This document shows, piece after piece, positions 27,566 to 37,109 of a stretch of 54,959 nt of DNA. Under the pieces are notes generated by a model. The model did not search any database. It saw nothing but the letters and a program-made list of their open reading frames with translations, and had not been told where the DNA came from. The position numbers and the translations under genes are program-made. This DNA is from Methanobacteriota archaeon. GTDB taxonomy: Archaea; Thermoplasmatota; Thermoplasmata; UBA10834. Each line of letters begins with the position of its first letter. Positions within the stretch are counted from its first letter, which is position 1. The stretch lies in contig CP070748.1 of assembly GCA_020348345.1 (NCBI GenBank), positions 43,384-98,342 of the forward strand, in the 5' to 3' direction.

Positions 27566-29016
27566 GATATCACCAGGCGATTCATGATGTACCGCTTATA
27601 TTCGAGGGGTGCAACGAAGCCGTCCCCCAAGATATCGAATCCGAGCTGGATGGGCTACTGCCGAGGAATCTCCAGCGGGCGCGGCTGGATCTGCCCGACC
27701 TCCCTGAGAGGGAGGTTGTGAAGCATTTCGTGAACCTCTCGCAGATGAATTTCGGAGTGGACAACGGCATGTATCCGCTCGGCTCGTGCACTATGAAGTA
27801 CAACCCGAAGATATGCGATGACATCTCATCATTGGAGACCGTCGCGAACATGCATCCGCTCCAAGATGCGTCGACAATGCAGGGCGCTCTCGCACTGATG
27901 TTCGAGCTCGAGGGCATGCTATGCGAAATAGGCGGAGTCGATGCAGTGACGCTGCAGCCTGCCGCGGGCGCGCACGGGGAGTTCACCGGCATGCATATCG
28001 TTAGGGCATTCCATGAGTCGAAGGGAGAGGAGAGGCATGAGGTGGTGCTCCCAGATACAGCCCACGGCACAAACCCTGCCAGCGCTGCTATGGTGGGCTA
28101 TGATGTGCTCGATCTCCCTTCCAAGGATGGATGCGTCGACCTGGAAGCACTCAATGCGGCTGTCTCGGATGATACGGCAGCATTCATGCTGACGAATCCC
28201 AACACCCTCGGACTCTTCGAGAAGGAAGTGCGCGAGATCGCAGGTGTTGTGCACGATGCGGGCGCACTCCTCTACTACGACGGCGCGAATCTGAACGCCA
28301 TTATGGGAAAGACATCACCGGGAAAGATGGACTTCGATATAGTCCACTTCAATCCGCACAAGACCTTCGCGACCCCGCACGGAGGGGGAGGACCTGGAGC
28401 GGGGCCAGTGGGCGTGAAGAAGGATCTGGAGAGATTCCTGCCAGTTCCCAGAATTGTCAGAAACGAAGAGCGTTTCGAGCTTGATTATGACAGGCCCGAC
28501 AGCATCGGCAAGGTCAAGGTGTTCTATGGCAACTTCGCAGTTTTGGTCCGCGCCTATGTCTACATCAAAATGCACGGAGGGAAAGGTCTGGAGCGTGTGT
28601 CGGAACTGGCAGTACTCAACTCGAACTATCTGAAGCAAGGGCTCACGGAGATGTTCGATATGCCGTACGGAGATCTCAGAAAACACGAGTTCGTGCTCAG
28701 CGGAAAGAAGCTCAAAGAACGGGGCCTCAGAACTATGGATTTCGCCAAGAGACTGCTTGATTATGGCTTCCATGCGCCCACCGTCTATTTTCCCCTGATT
28801 GTCGAGGAGGCCCTTATGATTGAGCCGACCGAGACGGAAACCAAGGATACTCTGGACGCATTCATCGAAGCCTGCGGAAGAATACTATCGGAAAGCCCGG
28901 ACATCGTACGCAGCGCACCCCACAACACCGCAAGACGACGAATCGACGAGGTGAGGGCTGCAAGGGACATGATACTCAGCTGGAGAAGTTACCGAGAGAA
29001 GACCCAGAGCATATGA
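27562..29016 (+). CDS. gcvPB: Glycine dehydrogenase (decarboxylating) subunit 2
   Basis: [42 protein letters not shown]. Confidence 0.95.
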   Translation: MRYHQAIHDVPLIFEGCNEAVPQDIESELDGLLPRNLQRARLDLPDLPEREVVKHFVNLSQMNFGVDNGMYPLGSCTMKYNPKICDDISSLETVANMHPLQDASTMQGALALMFELEGMLCEIGGVDAVTLQPAAGAHGEFTGMHIVRAFHESKGEERHEVVLPDTAHGTNPASAAMVGYDVLDLPSKDGCVDLEALNAAVSDDTAAFMLTNPNTLGLFEKEVREIAGVVHDAGALLYYDGANLNAIMGKTSPGKMDFDIVHFNPHKTFATPHGGGGPGAGPVGVKKDLERFLPVPRIVRNEERFELDYDRPDSIGKVKVFYGNFAVLVRAYVYIKMHGGKGLERVSELAVLNSNYLKQGLTEMFDMPYGDLRKHEFVLSGKKLKERGLRTMDFAKRLLDYGFHAPTVYFPLIVEEALMIEPTETETKDTLDAFIEACGRILSESPDIVRSAPHNTARRRIDEVRAARDMILSWRSYREKTQSI

Positions 29017-29033
29017 CAGCGGAAATCTCGCCG

Positions 29034-29279
29034 CTACTGGCCACGGTCGAATCGGGCACAGATGAGCGTCCTTGAGCCAGTCACACCCTGTACGCTGCGC
29101 ATCTTCTGTAGGACTACGTCGCACAGCTTGTCGTAGTCTTCAGTTTCCATCCTCGCGATGATGTCGTACTGGCCGAATAGCTGGTGAGCCTCTGTCAGCT
29201 CTGGGAGATCCCTTATCTGTTCGACCACGTAATCCTCCTTTCCCGTGGCCGTCGTTATCAAAACGTATGCCACTACCAG
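29034..29279 (-). CDS. Stand-alone Lrp/AsnC ligand-binding (RAM) domain protein
   Basis: AYVLI...LFGQYDIIAR...GVTGSRTLI; start CTG 29279 (fits SD) or GTG 29273. Confidence 0.85.
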   Translation of the reverse strand: MVVAYVLITTATGKEDYVVEQIRDLPELTEAHQLFGQYDIIARMETEDYDKLCDVVLQKMRSVQGVTGSRTLICARFDRGQ

Positions 29280-29450
29280 CGAATCACCTTAGGAATTAGG
29301 TAAGCGTCTTGTCTCTACTTATACTCTGTCAGCGGAGGTAATCAACCTTTCCAGCGACCGTGGCGCCCTCGTCGCAGGAACATGCAAGCACTCAGCATCT
29401 TCAGCCCGGAAACAGTTATCTACAACGCCAATCAATCCGAATCTCCAGAC

Positions 29451-30044
29451 ATGGCAGCGTTTATAGTGGTGGAGGGCATCGATGGCTCAGGCAAGAGCAC
29501 CGCCGCCAAATCCCTCGCGGAACGAGTGAAAGGGAGAGCGGTTCTGACGCGAGAGCCCACCGACTCCTGGATAGGCAAGGCAGTAAGAGCGGGCGAGAAG
29601 GGCGAGGTGAGCCCGTACCTGGACGCGCTCTTGTTCATGGCGGACAGAGCTCAACACACTCTGAGCATCAAGGGTTGGTTGGATGAGGGGAGGACTGTCA
29701 TATGCGACAGATATTATCATTCGACGGTTGCCTATCAGACGGCATATCTCAAGGGACGCTCGCTCGGAGACAATTTCGACTGGCTGCTCGAAGCCAACTT
29801 GCGGATATCGGCATCGCCGGATACGACCTTCTTGCTCGTTCTCGATCCAGAGAAGGCCATAGAGAGAGCTGGAGGGAGAGGCGATTTCTCCAGATTCGAG
29901 CGACTCGAATTCCTTAAAGATGTTCAGGAAACCTACGAGAGGCTCGCGCAACAGGACAAATCCATCATCAGAATCGACGCTGAGAAGACGCCAGAGGCAA
30001 TCGTGGAGAGCATGCTTGAGCACATCGAAGGCAGGAAGATTTAA
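29451..30044 (+). CDS. tmk: Thymidylate kinase
   Basis: FIVVEGIDGSGKST, TREP, LFMADR, ICDRYYHSTVAYQ. Confidence 0.93.
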   Translation: MAAFIVVEGIDGSGKSTAAKSLAERVKGRAVLTREPTDSWIGKAVRAGEKGEVSPYLDALLFMADRAQHTLSIKGWLDEGRTVICDRYYHSTVAYQTAYLKGRSLGDNFDWLLEANLRISASPDTTFLLVLDPEKAIERAGGRGDFSRFERLEFLKDVQETYERLAQQDKSIIRIDAEKTPEAIVESMLEHIEGRKI

Positions 30045-30072
30045 TATATCAAGAAGCCTGGGATGTCAGCGA

Positions 30073-31263
30073 ATGCACCCCGCAGATGACCTCAGGTGTT
30101 CGAAGAGCGAGAAGTTGAAAGGACGCCGCATCGTCCTTGGAGTGACGGGTAGTGTCGCTGCTGTCGAATCCGTTAAGATCTGCAGGGGGCTTGTCAGACA
30201 CGGCGCGGACGTGCGAGTTGTGATGTCCGCGGACGCTCGGAAGATCATTCACCCATATTCGTTGGAATTTGCGTCCGGCAGACCCGTCGTAACCGAAATA
30301 GATGGCTCGGTTCAGCACGTCGCCATGTGCGGCGCCGTGCCGGATCGTGCGGACATGCTTCTGATTGCACCTGCGACCGCGAACACCCTATCGAAGATCG
30401 CTTGTGGCATCGACGACACGACCGTAACGACTTTCGCGACAACCGCTCTCGGCACTGGAATACCGACAATGGTCGTTCCCGCGATGCATGGCACCATGAT
30501 GCAGCACCGAATTGTCCTCGAGAACATTGACCGTCTTAGAGAAGCAGGTGTTGTGGTGATCGAGTCCAAGGCTGAGGAATCGAAGGTCAAGATGCCATCA
30601 GTGGAGGAGATAGTGACTGCGGTCATCTCCAGAATCGGGCGAGGAGATATGCGAGGCATCAAAGTGCTGGTGGTTGCAGGATCGACCGAAGAGCCTTTGG
30701 ACGACGTTCGGCTGCTCACAAACAGGAGTTCGGGAGAAACTGGCATCGAGCTGGCCACAGCAGCGTATGAGAGAGGCGCGCGTGTTGAACTCTGGATGGG
30801 CAGATGCGAAGCGATGATTCCGAGCTACCTTACAGTCAGGAGGTTTTCGAGCACGAGGGATCTGAAGGGCATGATCGACGACATGCCCCACATGGACATA
30901 GTGTTGTTTCCCGTGGCGGTATCGGACTACACAACAGACCCCACCCCGGGTAAGCTACCATCGACGGATGATTCGATCACTCTGACGCTGAAGAGGACAC
31001 CAAAGCTCATTGACAGGGTCGAGGGAGGTACTGTCGTGGGCTTCAAGGCGCAGTCGGAAATCGGGGACGCGCAGCTCGTTGAGGAAGCTGTTGAGCTGAT
31101 AAACAGAGCGGGCTGCTCGTTCGCTATCGCAAACCGAATTGAGGAAGTCAGGACCGGAACGACCAGAATTCTCATCGTCGAGGCCGATGGCTCTGCCAAA
31201 GAGGTTCTTGGCAGCAAGGCAAAAGCCGCCGACGTGATTCTCGACCGAGCGCTGAAAGAATGA
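30073..31263 (+). CDS. coaBC: Phosphopantothenoylcysteine decarboxylase/synthase
   Basis: LGVTGSVAA, APATANT, PAMH, EPLDDVRLLTNRSSG, AVSDY, VGFKA. Confidence 0.93.
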   Translation: MHPADDLRCSKSEKLKGRRIVLGVTGSVAAVESVKICRGLVRHGADVRVVMSADARKIIHPYSLEFASGRPVVTEIDGSVQHVAMCGAVPDRADMLLIAPATANTLSKIACGIDDTTVTTFATTALGTGIPTMVVPAMHGTMMQHRIVLENIDRLREAGVVVIESKAEESKVKMPSVEEIVTAVISRIGRGDMRGIKVLVVAGSTEEPLDDVRLLTNRSSGETGIELATAAYERGARVELWMGRCEAMIPSYLTVRRFSSTRDLKGMIDDMPHMDIVLFPVAVSDYTTDPTPGKLPSTDDSITLTLKRTPKLIDRVEGGTVVGFKAQSEIGDAQLVEEAVELINRAGCSFAIANRIEEVRTGTTRILIVEADGSAKEVLGSKAKAADVILDRALKE

Positions 31264-32135
31264 AAGCAACGAAGGCGAAGGCGTTCTGCCCAGGGCATGT
31301 GACTGGCTTCTTTGAAATCCTCAGATCGCAAGACCTCCTGTCGTCTGGCTCACGAGGCGCTGGAATATGCACAAACTTGGGAGCAACGACTGAAATGACC
31401 GTTGAAGACTCGAAAAACAAGACCATCGAGGTACACATCAACGGCGAGAGGAGAGAGGCTGCAACCACGGTCAGAGCCATCGACACGCTTCTGGGAAAGC
31501 GAACAGCCTCAGTACTGGCATCCACAGTACTCGACCTGCCTGAGAGCCAGGGCTTCGGCATGAGCGCAGCTGGAACACTCTCCGCCAGCCTTGCGATGTG
31601 CAGCATACTCCAACTGGACAGAGTCGCCGCGTTCGAGGCAGCACACTCAGCTGAGATCGAATGCGGCACAGGCATGGGAGATGTTTCCGCGATCCATTGT
31701 GGTGGCGTAGTCGTCAAACAGGTCGCTGGACTCCCACCGAAAGGCAAGGCGCGCCGTATTGATGGAAATCCGGAGGTTGTCCTTGCAGTGCTGGGAGATC
31801 CGTTCAGGACCTCAGATGCCCTGGCGGATACAGAACTTGTCAACCGGGTTAACCGAGAGGGCGCATGGAGAGTCGGCGATCTCCTACGGGAGCCTACCAT
31901 CACCAATTTCATGCGGCTCTCGCAATCGTTTGCAGACGACACTGGCCTTGTTTCCGAAAAGGTTCGAGCCGCCATAGACTCGGCCTCCGCTGTCGGCATT
32001 GCCAGCATGGCCATGCTCGGCAATTCCGTCTTCGCCGTCGGGCAGACGGGCGCGCTCGAATCCGCCCTATCTCCATTCGGAAGGACTTATAAATGCGGCG
32101 TCGACATCGAAGGCGTTCGCCTTGTCGACGACTGA
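31260..32135 (+). CDS. Pantoate kinase (GHMP family)
   Basis: PGHVTGFF, GSRGAG, GFGMSAAG, AHSAEI...GTGMGDV, SMAMLGNSVF; overlaps coaBC. Confidence 0.88.
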   Translation: MKATKAKAFCPGHVTGFFEILRSQDLLSSGSRGAGICTNLGATTEMTVEDSKNKTIEVHINGERREAATTVRAIDTLLGKRTASVLASTVLDLPESQGFGMSAAGTLSASLAMCSILQLDRVAAFEAAHSAEIECGTGMGDVSAIHCGGVVVKQVAGLPPKGKARRIDGNPEVVLAVLGDPFRTSDALADTELVNRVNREGAWRVGDLLREPTITNFMRLSQSFADDTGLVSEKVRAAIDSASAVGIASMAMLGNSVFAVGQTGALESALSPFGRTYKCGVDIEGVRLVDD

Positions 32136-32153
32136 TGCCTGATGTAAGTTGGT

Positions 32154-32465
32154 CTACTCGTAGAGGGTGAAGAGCCGGTCGTCGCAACCGACATCGAACA
32201 ATCCTATCCTGGCACCGCTGTCCAGCCATCCATGCGCGTAGTTCACGCAAGCGAAGGCGTTCACCATCTCGCCCTTCCTTGCGAATTCCTTGGCATCGTC
32301 CATATAGGATCGAGCCATCGTCAGGAAATCCTCCGCGAGCCGCCTGTTGAACGACCTCTCTGGAGCAGCCACCTTCAGCTTGGCGAGTGCAGTCGTCGTA
32401 AGGGCCATGTACTTATCGAGGCGCTCGTGCGTTATCGTGTTTTCGCCATCGCCCATTCGGCTCAC
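32154..32465 (-). CDS. DUF357 family protein
   Basis: MARSYMDDA...AFACVNYAHGWLDSGARIGLF. Confidence 0.85.
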   Translation of the reverse strand: MSRMGDGENTITHERLDKYMALTTTALAKLKVAAPERSFNRRLAEDFLTMARSYMDDAKEFARKGEMVNAFACVNYAHGWLDSGARIGLFDVGCDDRLFTLYE

Positions 32466-34063
32466 ATCCGTTTGTGTGGAACTATCTCGACGCTCTCGCC
32501 TCCGTGCTGTGACTCTCTAGGTCTTATGTCCACAAAGAGCGGCATCGAGACGCCGCCACCCGTCACTATCGCGGTGCCGATTGGCAGGCGCTGTATCTCT
32601 TCTTCCATCCCCTCGGTCAATCCCTCAATGGAAGACGCTATGGCCTTGATGTCGTTCGGATTGTTCACCTTGAGTATGATCTGCGTGTTGCACTGGCTCA
32701 GGACATTCTTGTCCACTTTGGCGGGTCTCTGCGATATCACCAGCAAGCCGAGCCCGAACTTCCTGCCCTCCGATGCGACCGTCCGAAACACTTTGGAGCA
32801 AGCTACTTGGCCCTGTTGAGGACAGAAATTGTGGGCCTCTTCCACCACCAGCATCATGGGTGGTATCTTCCCCACCTTCCTCAGCTCGAACAAAGCGTTG
32901 CCTATTCTGTTCACTATGAGCTCCTGCATGTCCGGAGGAGTACCCCTGAGGTTGATGATCGTGGTCTTGCCCTTCTGAATGAGCTCATCTATCTTCGTGC
33001 CCTGTTCAGCGAACACCTCTATTTCGTTCAGGTACTCGAGCTCGGTTATGAGCGCCCCACTGGATTGCTCGTTGTTGGCCTCCAGCACGGCAATGATGTC
33101 CGCAATGGAGAAATTCTCCTTGGTGTCTCTAAGAGTGTCTATAGCCCGCCTGAGCATCGTCAAGTATGAACGGACGTTCTTCGTGTTTGTGAGTCCCAGT
33201 ATGTCCCTCGCATCGAGGTTGTGCAAAGTGAATTTGAGCGGATGCGCATGCTTGTTGAGATTGGTGTCCGTGGCGAACTCAAGGATCTTATCCGCATATC
33301 CTCTCGGTTTGATATGGAAGTCTCTGTGCGTCTTCTTGATCGAGCCCTTCTTCCTCATCGAGGAGTATTCTCCGTGTGGATCGATGACGCACACGGTTAC
33401 CTTCTGCTTCATGAACTCCTCTATGAGAGCCCCTGAGCAGTACGATTTCCCCCCTCCGGTCTTGCTGAGTATACATACGTGCTTCTGCACGAGCAGATTG
33501 ATATCAAGCTCCACTCTGACATCGTGGCCCGAAAGCAGTCCTACGTAGGCGCCTGTGTCAGTGTGCTCCTTGATGCCCACGACGTCCTTGATGAGCTCCT
33601 CCTGTGCACGGTATACCTCCTCGCCTGCAAGCAATGGAGTTCTCGGAGCCTGCAGGAGATTCCTGTCGTCGCGGTAACCCACTATTGATACGGTCGCGAT
33701 CTCCTTCTCCTCGATCTCCACTGGCGCGCCGTGCCTCATCGACTTAACGCCGTCGGTCGTCAGGTTTGTCTTGCGCTCAATCTCTGAGACCTGACCCAGC
33801 ACGAAGCCGTGTATCTTGTGCCTGACCTGAACGAACTCCATCTTCTCGAGAGGGGCTGTGATTACCATGTTGAACCTGAGTGTTCCGACGTTTCCGTAGA
33901 TGACTCCGACCGCCTCGAGTCCTCCATGATGACTGGTGCGAGCAGTCTTGGAGCGATGCCTGGCAGGTGCATCATTCGCGGCTCCCTCATCTGCTTCTGA
34001 GAACCCATCATCGGCTTCTGAGGTCGATAGGTCAATCTGGTCAGTGCTAGGGTTCAAGGGCAT
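32462..34063 (-). CDS. HerA/FtsK-like ATPase (HAS-barrel + DUF87)
   Basis: KHVCILSKTGGGKS Walker A, IDPHGEY, VVEEAHNF Walker B, EGRKFG, ISQRP. Confidence 0.88.
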   Translation of the reverse strand: MPLNPSTDQIDLSTSEADDGFSEADEGAANDAPARHRSKTARTSHHGGLEAVGVIYGNVGTLRFNMVITAPLEKMEFVQVRHKIHGFVLGQVSEIERKTNLTTDGVKSMRHGAPVEIEEKEIATVSIVGYRDDRNLLQAPRTPLLAGEEVYRAQEELIKDVVGIKEHTDTGAYVGLLSGHDVRVELDINLLVQKHVCILSKTGGGKSYCSGALIEEFMKQKVTVCVIDPHGEYSSMRKKGSIKKTHRDFHIKPRGYADKILEFATDTNLNKHAHPLKFTLHNLDARDILGLTNTKNVRSYLTMLRRAIDTLRDTKENFSIADIIAVLEANNEQSSGALITELEYLNEIEVFAEQGTKIDELIQKGKTTIINLRGTPPDMQELIVNRIGNALFELRKVGKIPPMMLVVEEAHNFCPQQGQVACSKVFRTVASEGRKFGLGLLVISQRPAKVDKNVLSQCNTQIILKVNNPNDIKAIASSIEGLTEGMEEEIQRLPIGTAIVTGGGVSMPLFVDIRPRESQHGGESVEIVPHKRM

Positions 34064-34180
34064 CCCATCTCGATTTCCCAATATGACGATTTCTTCTATT
34101 AATGCTTTCGTCAGACCGCCCAGGCACGTCCATGGCGTCAACTTATATGAGAATGGAAGACGTTGTCAGCGGCCGATACA

Positions 34181-35038
34181 ATGCACGTCGTCGGAGGCTC
34201 TGCATCTAGAACGCTTGCGGGGGAACTCACGAAATCGCTCGAGGCCGTTGCCTCGAGCGTGGAGGTCACCAGATTCCCGGATGATGAGTGTTATGTGCGT
34301 GTTGACGATAACCTCGATGGTGAGGAGGTAGTGGTTGTTCAGACTGCCTGGCCTGATACCAACATCATCGAGCTCATGCTGCTTTTGGACGCTGTGCGCG
34401 AGATGAATCCCTCATCGATCACCACGGTCGTTCCATACTTAGGGTATGCGCGACAGGACAAGAAGTTCAAGGACGGCGAACCTGTGAGTGCACGAGCGCT
34501 GGCCCGAATCATCCAATCACAATCTGACAAGTTCTTCACGGTCGATGTACACGCGGCCAGCGTGATGTCATGGTTCGACAGAATACCTGCGAAGAACGTC
34601 TCCGCCCATTCGGAGATAGGCAGGTTTCTCAAAGGACGCGGAGTCGAGCTCGTGTTATCTCCTGACGAAGGGCGGTGGGAGAACGCGAAGGAGGTGGCGG
34701 ACGTCGTGGGCTGTCAGGCCGACTTCCTGGTGAAGGAGCGGCTTGACGGTGAAACGGTCAGGATGACGCCGAAATCCCTCGATATCGCTGGTATCAAGGT
34801 GGCCATCGTCGACGACATCATATCAACCGGCGGCACCATAGCGAAGGCGTCGGAGCAGCTGAGGGGCGGAGGGGCAGCGAGCATCATAGCCATGTGCACC
34901 CACGGCGTCTACGCTGGCAACGCCATACCGCGACTGAAGGACGCCTGCGACGAAGTACATTCCACGGACACGATCGAGAATCCGACGAGTTCGGTGAGCG
35001 TCGCCCAGGAAGTTGCGAACGCCATAAGAAACGGGTGA
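34181..35038 (+). CDS. prs: Ribose-phosphate pyrophosphokinase
   Basis: FPDDECYVR, PYLGYARQDK, IVDDIISTGGT, CTHGVY. Confidence 0.93.
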   Translation: MHVVGGSASRTLAGELTKSLEAVASSVEVTRFPDDECYVRVDDNLDGEEVVVVQTAWPDTNIIELMLLLDAVREMNPSSITTVVPYLGYARQDKKFKDGEPVSARALARIIQSQSDKFFTVDVHAASVMSWFDRIPAKNVSAHSEIGRFLKGRGVELVLSPDEGRWENAKEVADVVGCQADFLVKERLDGETVRMTPKSLDIAGIKVAIVDDIISTGGTIAKASEQLRGGGAASIIAMCTHGVYAGNAIPRLKDACDEVHSTDTIENPTSSVSVAQEVANAIRNG

Positions 35039-35089
35039 GGAGAGACCAAAAGGTAAATGTACACGCCTTTGACTCTCGAGGCTGACATC

Positions 35090-36487
35090 ATGAAGAAGGC
35101 CGAGGATTTCAGCGAATGGTACAACGAGATCGTGGAAGAGGCCAACCTGACAGACAAGCGCTACCCGGTCAAGGGGATGAACGTTTGGACGCCCTACGGG
35201 TGGAAGATAATGCGGGCCATAGACACTCACATTCGGGAGGAGTTCGACTCCACGGGCCACGACGAGGTGTGCTTCCCCCTGCTCATACCGGAGGACCAGT
35301 TCGCCAAGGAGAAGGAGCACATCAAGGGCTTCGACGCAGAGGTCTTCTGGGTTACCCATGCGGGACTGACACCTCTCGATGTCAAGCTCCTGCTCAGGCC
35401 TACGAGCGAGACGGCGATGTACCCGATATTCTCGCTGTGGGTACGGTCACATGCAGACCTTCCGTTGAAGACATATCAGATCGTGAACACCTTCCGCTAC
35501 GAGACCAAGCAGACCAGGGCATTCATAAGAGTCAGAGAGATACATTTCTTCGAATCCCACACGTGCCACGCGGACTTCGAGGACGCTGAGAGGCAGGTGA
35601 GTGAAGACTATGACATCCTCAAGCGGCTCGCCAGGAAATGGTGCCTTCCATACAAACTGCTCAAGCGAACGGACTGGGACAAGTTCCCGGGTGCGGCGTA
35701 TACTGTGGGCATCGACACTGTCCTCCCGAACGGAAGGACCCTGCAGCTGGGATCAATCCATCAATACAGAGACAACTTCTCAAAGCCGTACGAGATCAAG
35801 TACGAGGACGACGATGGTCAGCACAGATATGCCCACCAGACGACTTTTGGCATGAGTGAGAGACTTGTCGGAGCCGTCGTTGCTGTCCATGGCGACGACA
35901 AAGGTCTCGTGCTTCCACCCGACATCGCCACGATTCAGATTGTGGTCGTGCCAGTGCTCGCCAAAGGCGCTACTGAGGCGGTCTCCGAAGCTGCCAGTAA
36001 GCTCACGGACGAGCTGAGGCAAGCGGGAATAAGGGCCCATCTCGATGAAAGAGACATCAGACCCGGAGCCAAGTACTACGACTGGGAGTTCAAGGGCGTG
36101 CCTCTTCGCCTCGAGTTGGGAGTGAGAGACATGGACAAAGGAATGGTAACGGTCGTTCGGAGAGATACAGGGAAGAAACAGCAGATTTCCAGAAAGGGCG
36201 TCGCAGACTCGGCAAAAGCCGCTCTCGGAGCGATATCAGAGGATATGCTGGCGATTGCACAGACCACAATGGATGGACGCATCGAGACTGTTGACACTCT
36301 CGATCATTTGCCGGATAGTATGGTGAGAGCAGGGTGGTGTGGAAGCGAGGAATGTGGACACAAGATTGAGGACATCACCCAGCGGGACATAATCGGAACG
36401 CCAATAGAGGATGAAGGGTTCAAGGGTTTATGCGTCGTCTGCGGAAAGCCCACGACAACGCCGGTCTATGTCGCAAAAGCCATGTGA
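35090..36487 (+). CDS. proS: Prolyl-tRNA synthetase (archaeal/eukaryotic type)
   Basis: FSEWYNEI, LRPTSET, FRYETKQTRAFIRVRE, C-terminal Zn domain; start may be 35057. Confidence 0.95.
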   Translation: MKKAEDFSEWYNEIVEEANLTDKRYPVKGMNVWTPYGWKIMRAIDTHIREEFDSTGHDEVCFPLLIPEDQFAKEKEHIKGFDAEVFWVTHAGLTPLDVKLLLRPTSETAMYPIFSLWVRSHADLPLKTYQIVNTFRYETKQTRAFIRVREIHFFESHTCHADFEDAERQVSEDYDILKRLARKWCLPYKLLKRTDWDKFPGAAYTVGIDTVLPNGRTLQLGSIHQYRDNFSKPYEIKYEDDDGQHRYAHQTTFGMSERLVGAVVAVHGDDKGLVLPPDIATIQIVVVPVLAKGATEAVSEAASKLTDELRQAGIRAHLDERDIRPGAKYYDWEFKGVPLRLELGVRDMDKGMVTVVRRDTGKKQQISRKGVADSAKAALGAISEDMLAIAQTTMDGRIETVDTLDHLPDSMVRAGWCGSEECGHKIEDITQRDIIGTPIEDEGFKGLCVVCGKPTTTPVYVAKAM

Positions 36488-36575
36488 CGAGACAATTCTG
36501 TGATCTCCAGCTTAGCCTCATCTTCATCATGAGCTGGCAAAACCACAGCCGGCCCTTGAAAGCAGATAGTCCAGC

Positions 36576-36806
36576 TCACGTGGTCGATGGCCTCTTCTTT
36601 CGAAAAAGAAGGATGCCTATAACGCCAAAGCATATGAGCGGGGCGTAGATGGTGTAGATGCCGATGTTTCCTCTGTCAAAAGGATACCATGTATCGTACG
36701 CCAGCGCCCATCCCCAATACACGATTATGCCCAGTGCCAAGAGCGCGACAGAGAATGCGAACGCCGCCTTTCTCTGGAACTCGGCTCCTTCGCCGTCTGC
36801 CATCAT
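36576..36806 (-). CDS. Small two-TM membrane protein
   Basis: Two hydrophobic segments and a basic tail; TTTATATA about 20-25 nt upstream, consistent with a leaderless transcript. Confidence 0.7.
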   Translation of the reverse strand: MMADGEGAEFQRKAAFAFSVALLALGIIVYWGWALAYDTWYPFDRGNIGIYTIYAPLICFGVIGILLFRKKRPSTT

Positions 36807-36886
36807 CGCGGCCAAGGTATTGGCTATATAAATTGCTTGTGGCTCCGTGCCTAGTCAATGAAGAGGCGGATAGCGAGCACGGCCAG

Positions 36887-37045
36887 TCATACAATCAACA
36901 GAAACAGCATGAATGCGACGAAGAACATCAAGAAAATCAACAAGAGAGACCAGAAGCTGCGTCGTTCGATCCCGGCCCCCCATCGGTTCATGCGCATATG
37001 GAACCTGTAGGGCATCTTCGGAGGCACAGGGGGGATGCCGGTCAT
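36887..37045 (-). CDS. Unannotated 52-aa protein with C-terminal TM segment
   Basis: MTGIPPVPPKMPYRFHMRMNRWGAGIERRSFWSLLLIFLMFFVAFMLFLLIV*; below the ORF-track cutoff. Confidence 0.5.
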   Translation of the reverse strand: MTGIPPVPPKMPYRFHMRMNRWGAGIERRSFWSLLLIFLMFFVAFMLFLLIV

Positions 37046-37109
37046 GGGTTCATCTACAGCCTATAGGATTATCATAATTGCCCTGGAATGCCTATCCTCG
37101 GCAAAGGAA

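Noticed and set aside
36689-37066. 125-aa plus-strand ORF rich in Q/E/H
   Set aside because: Composition is the mirror of hydrophobic codons on the minus strand
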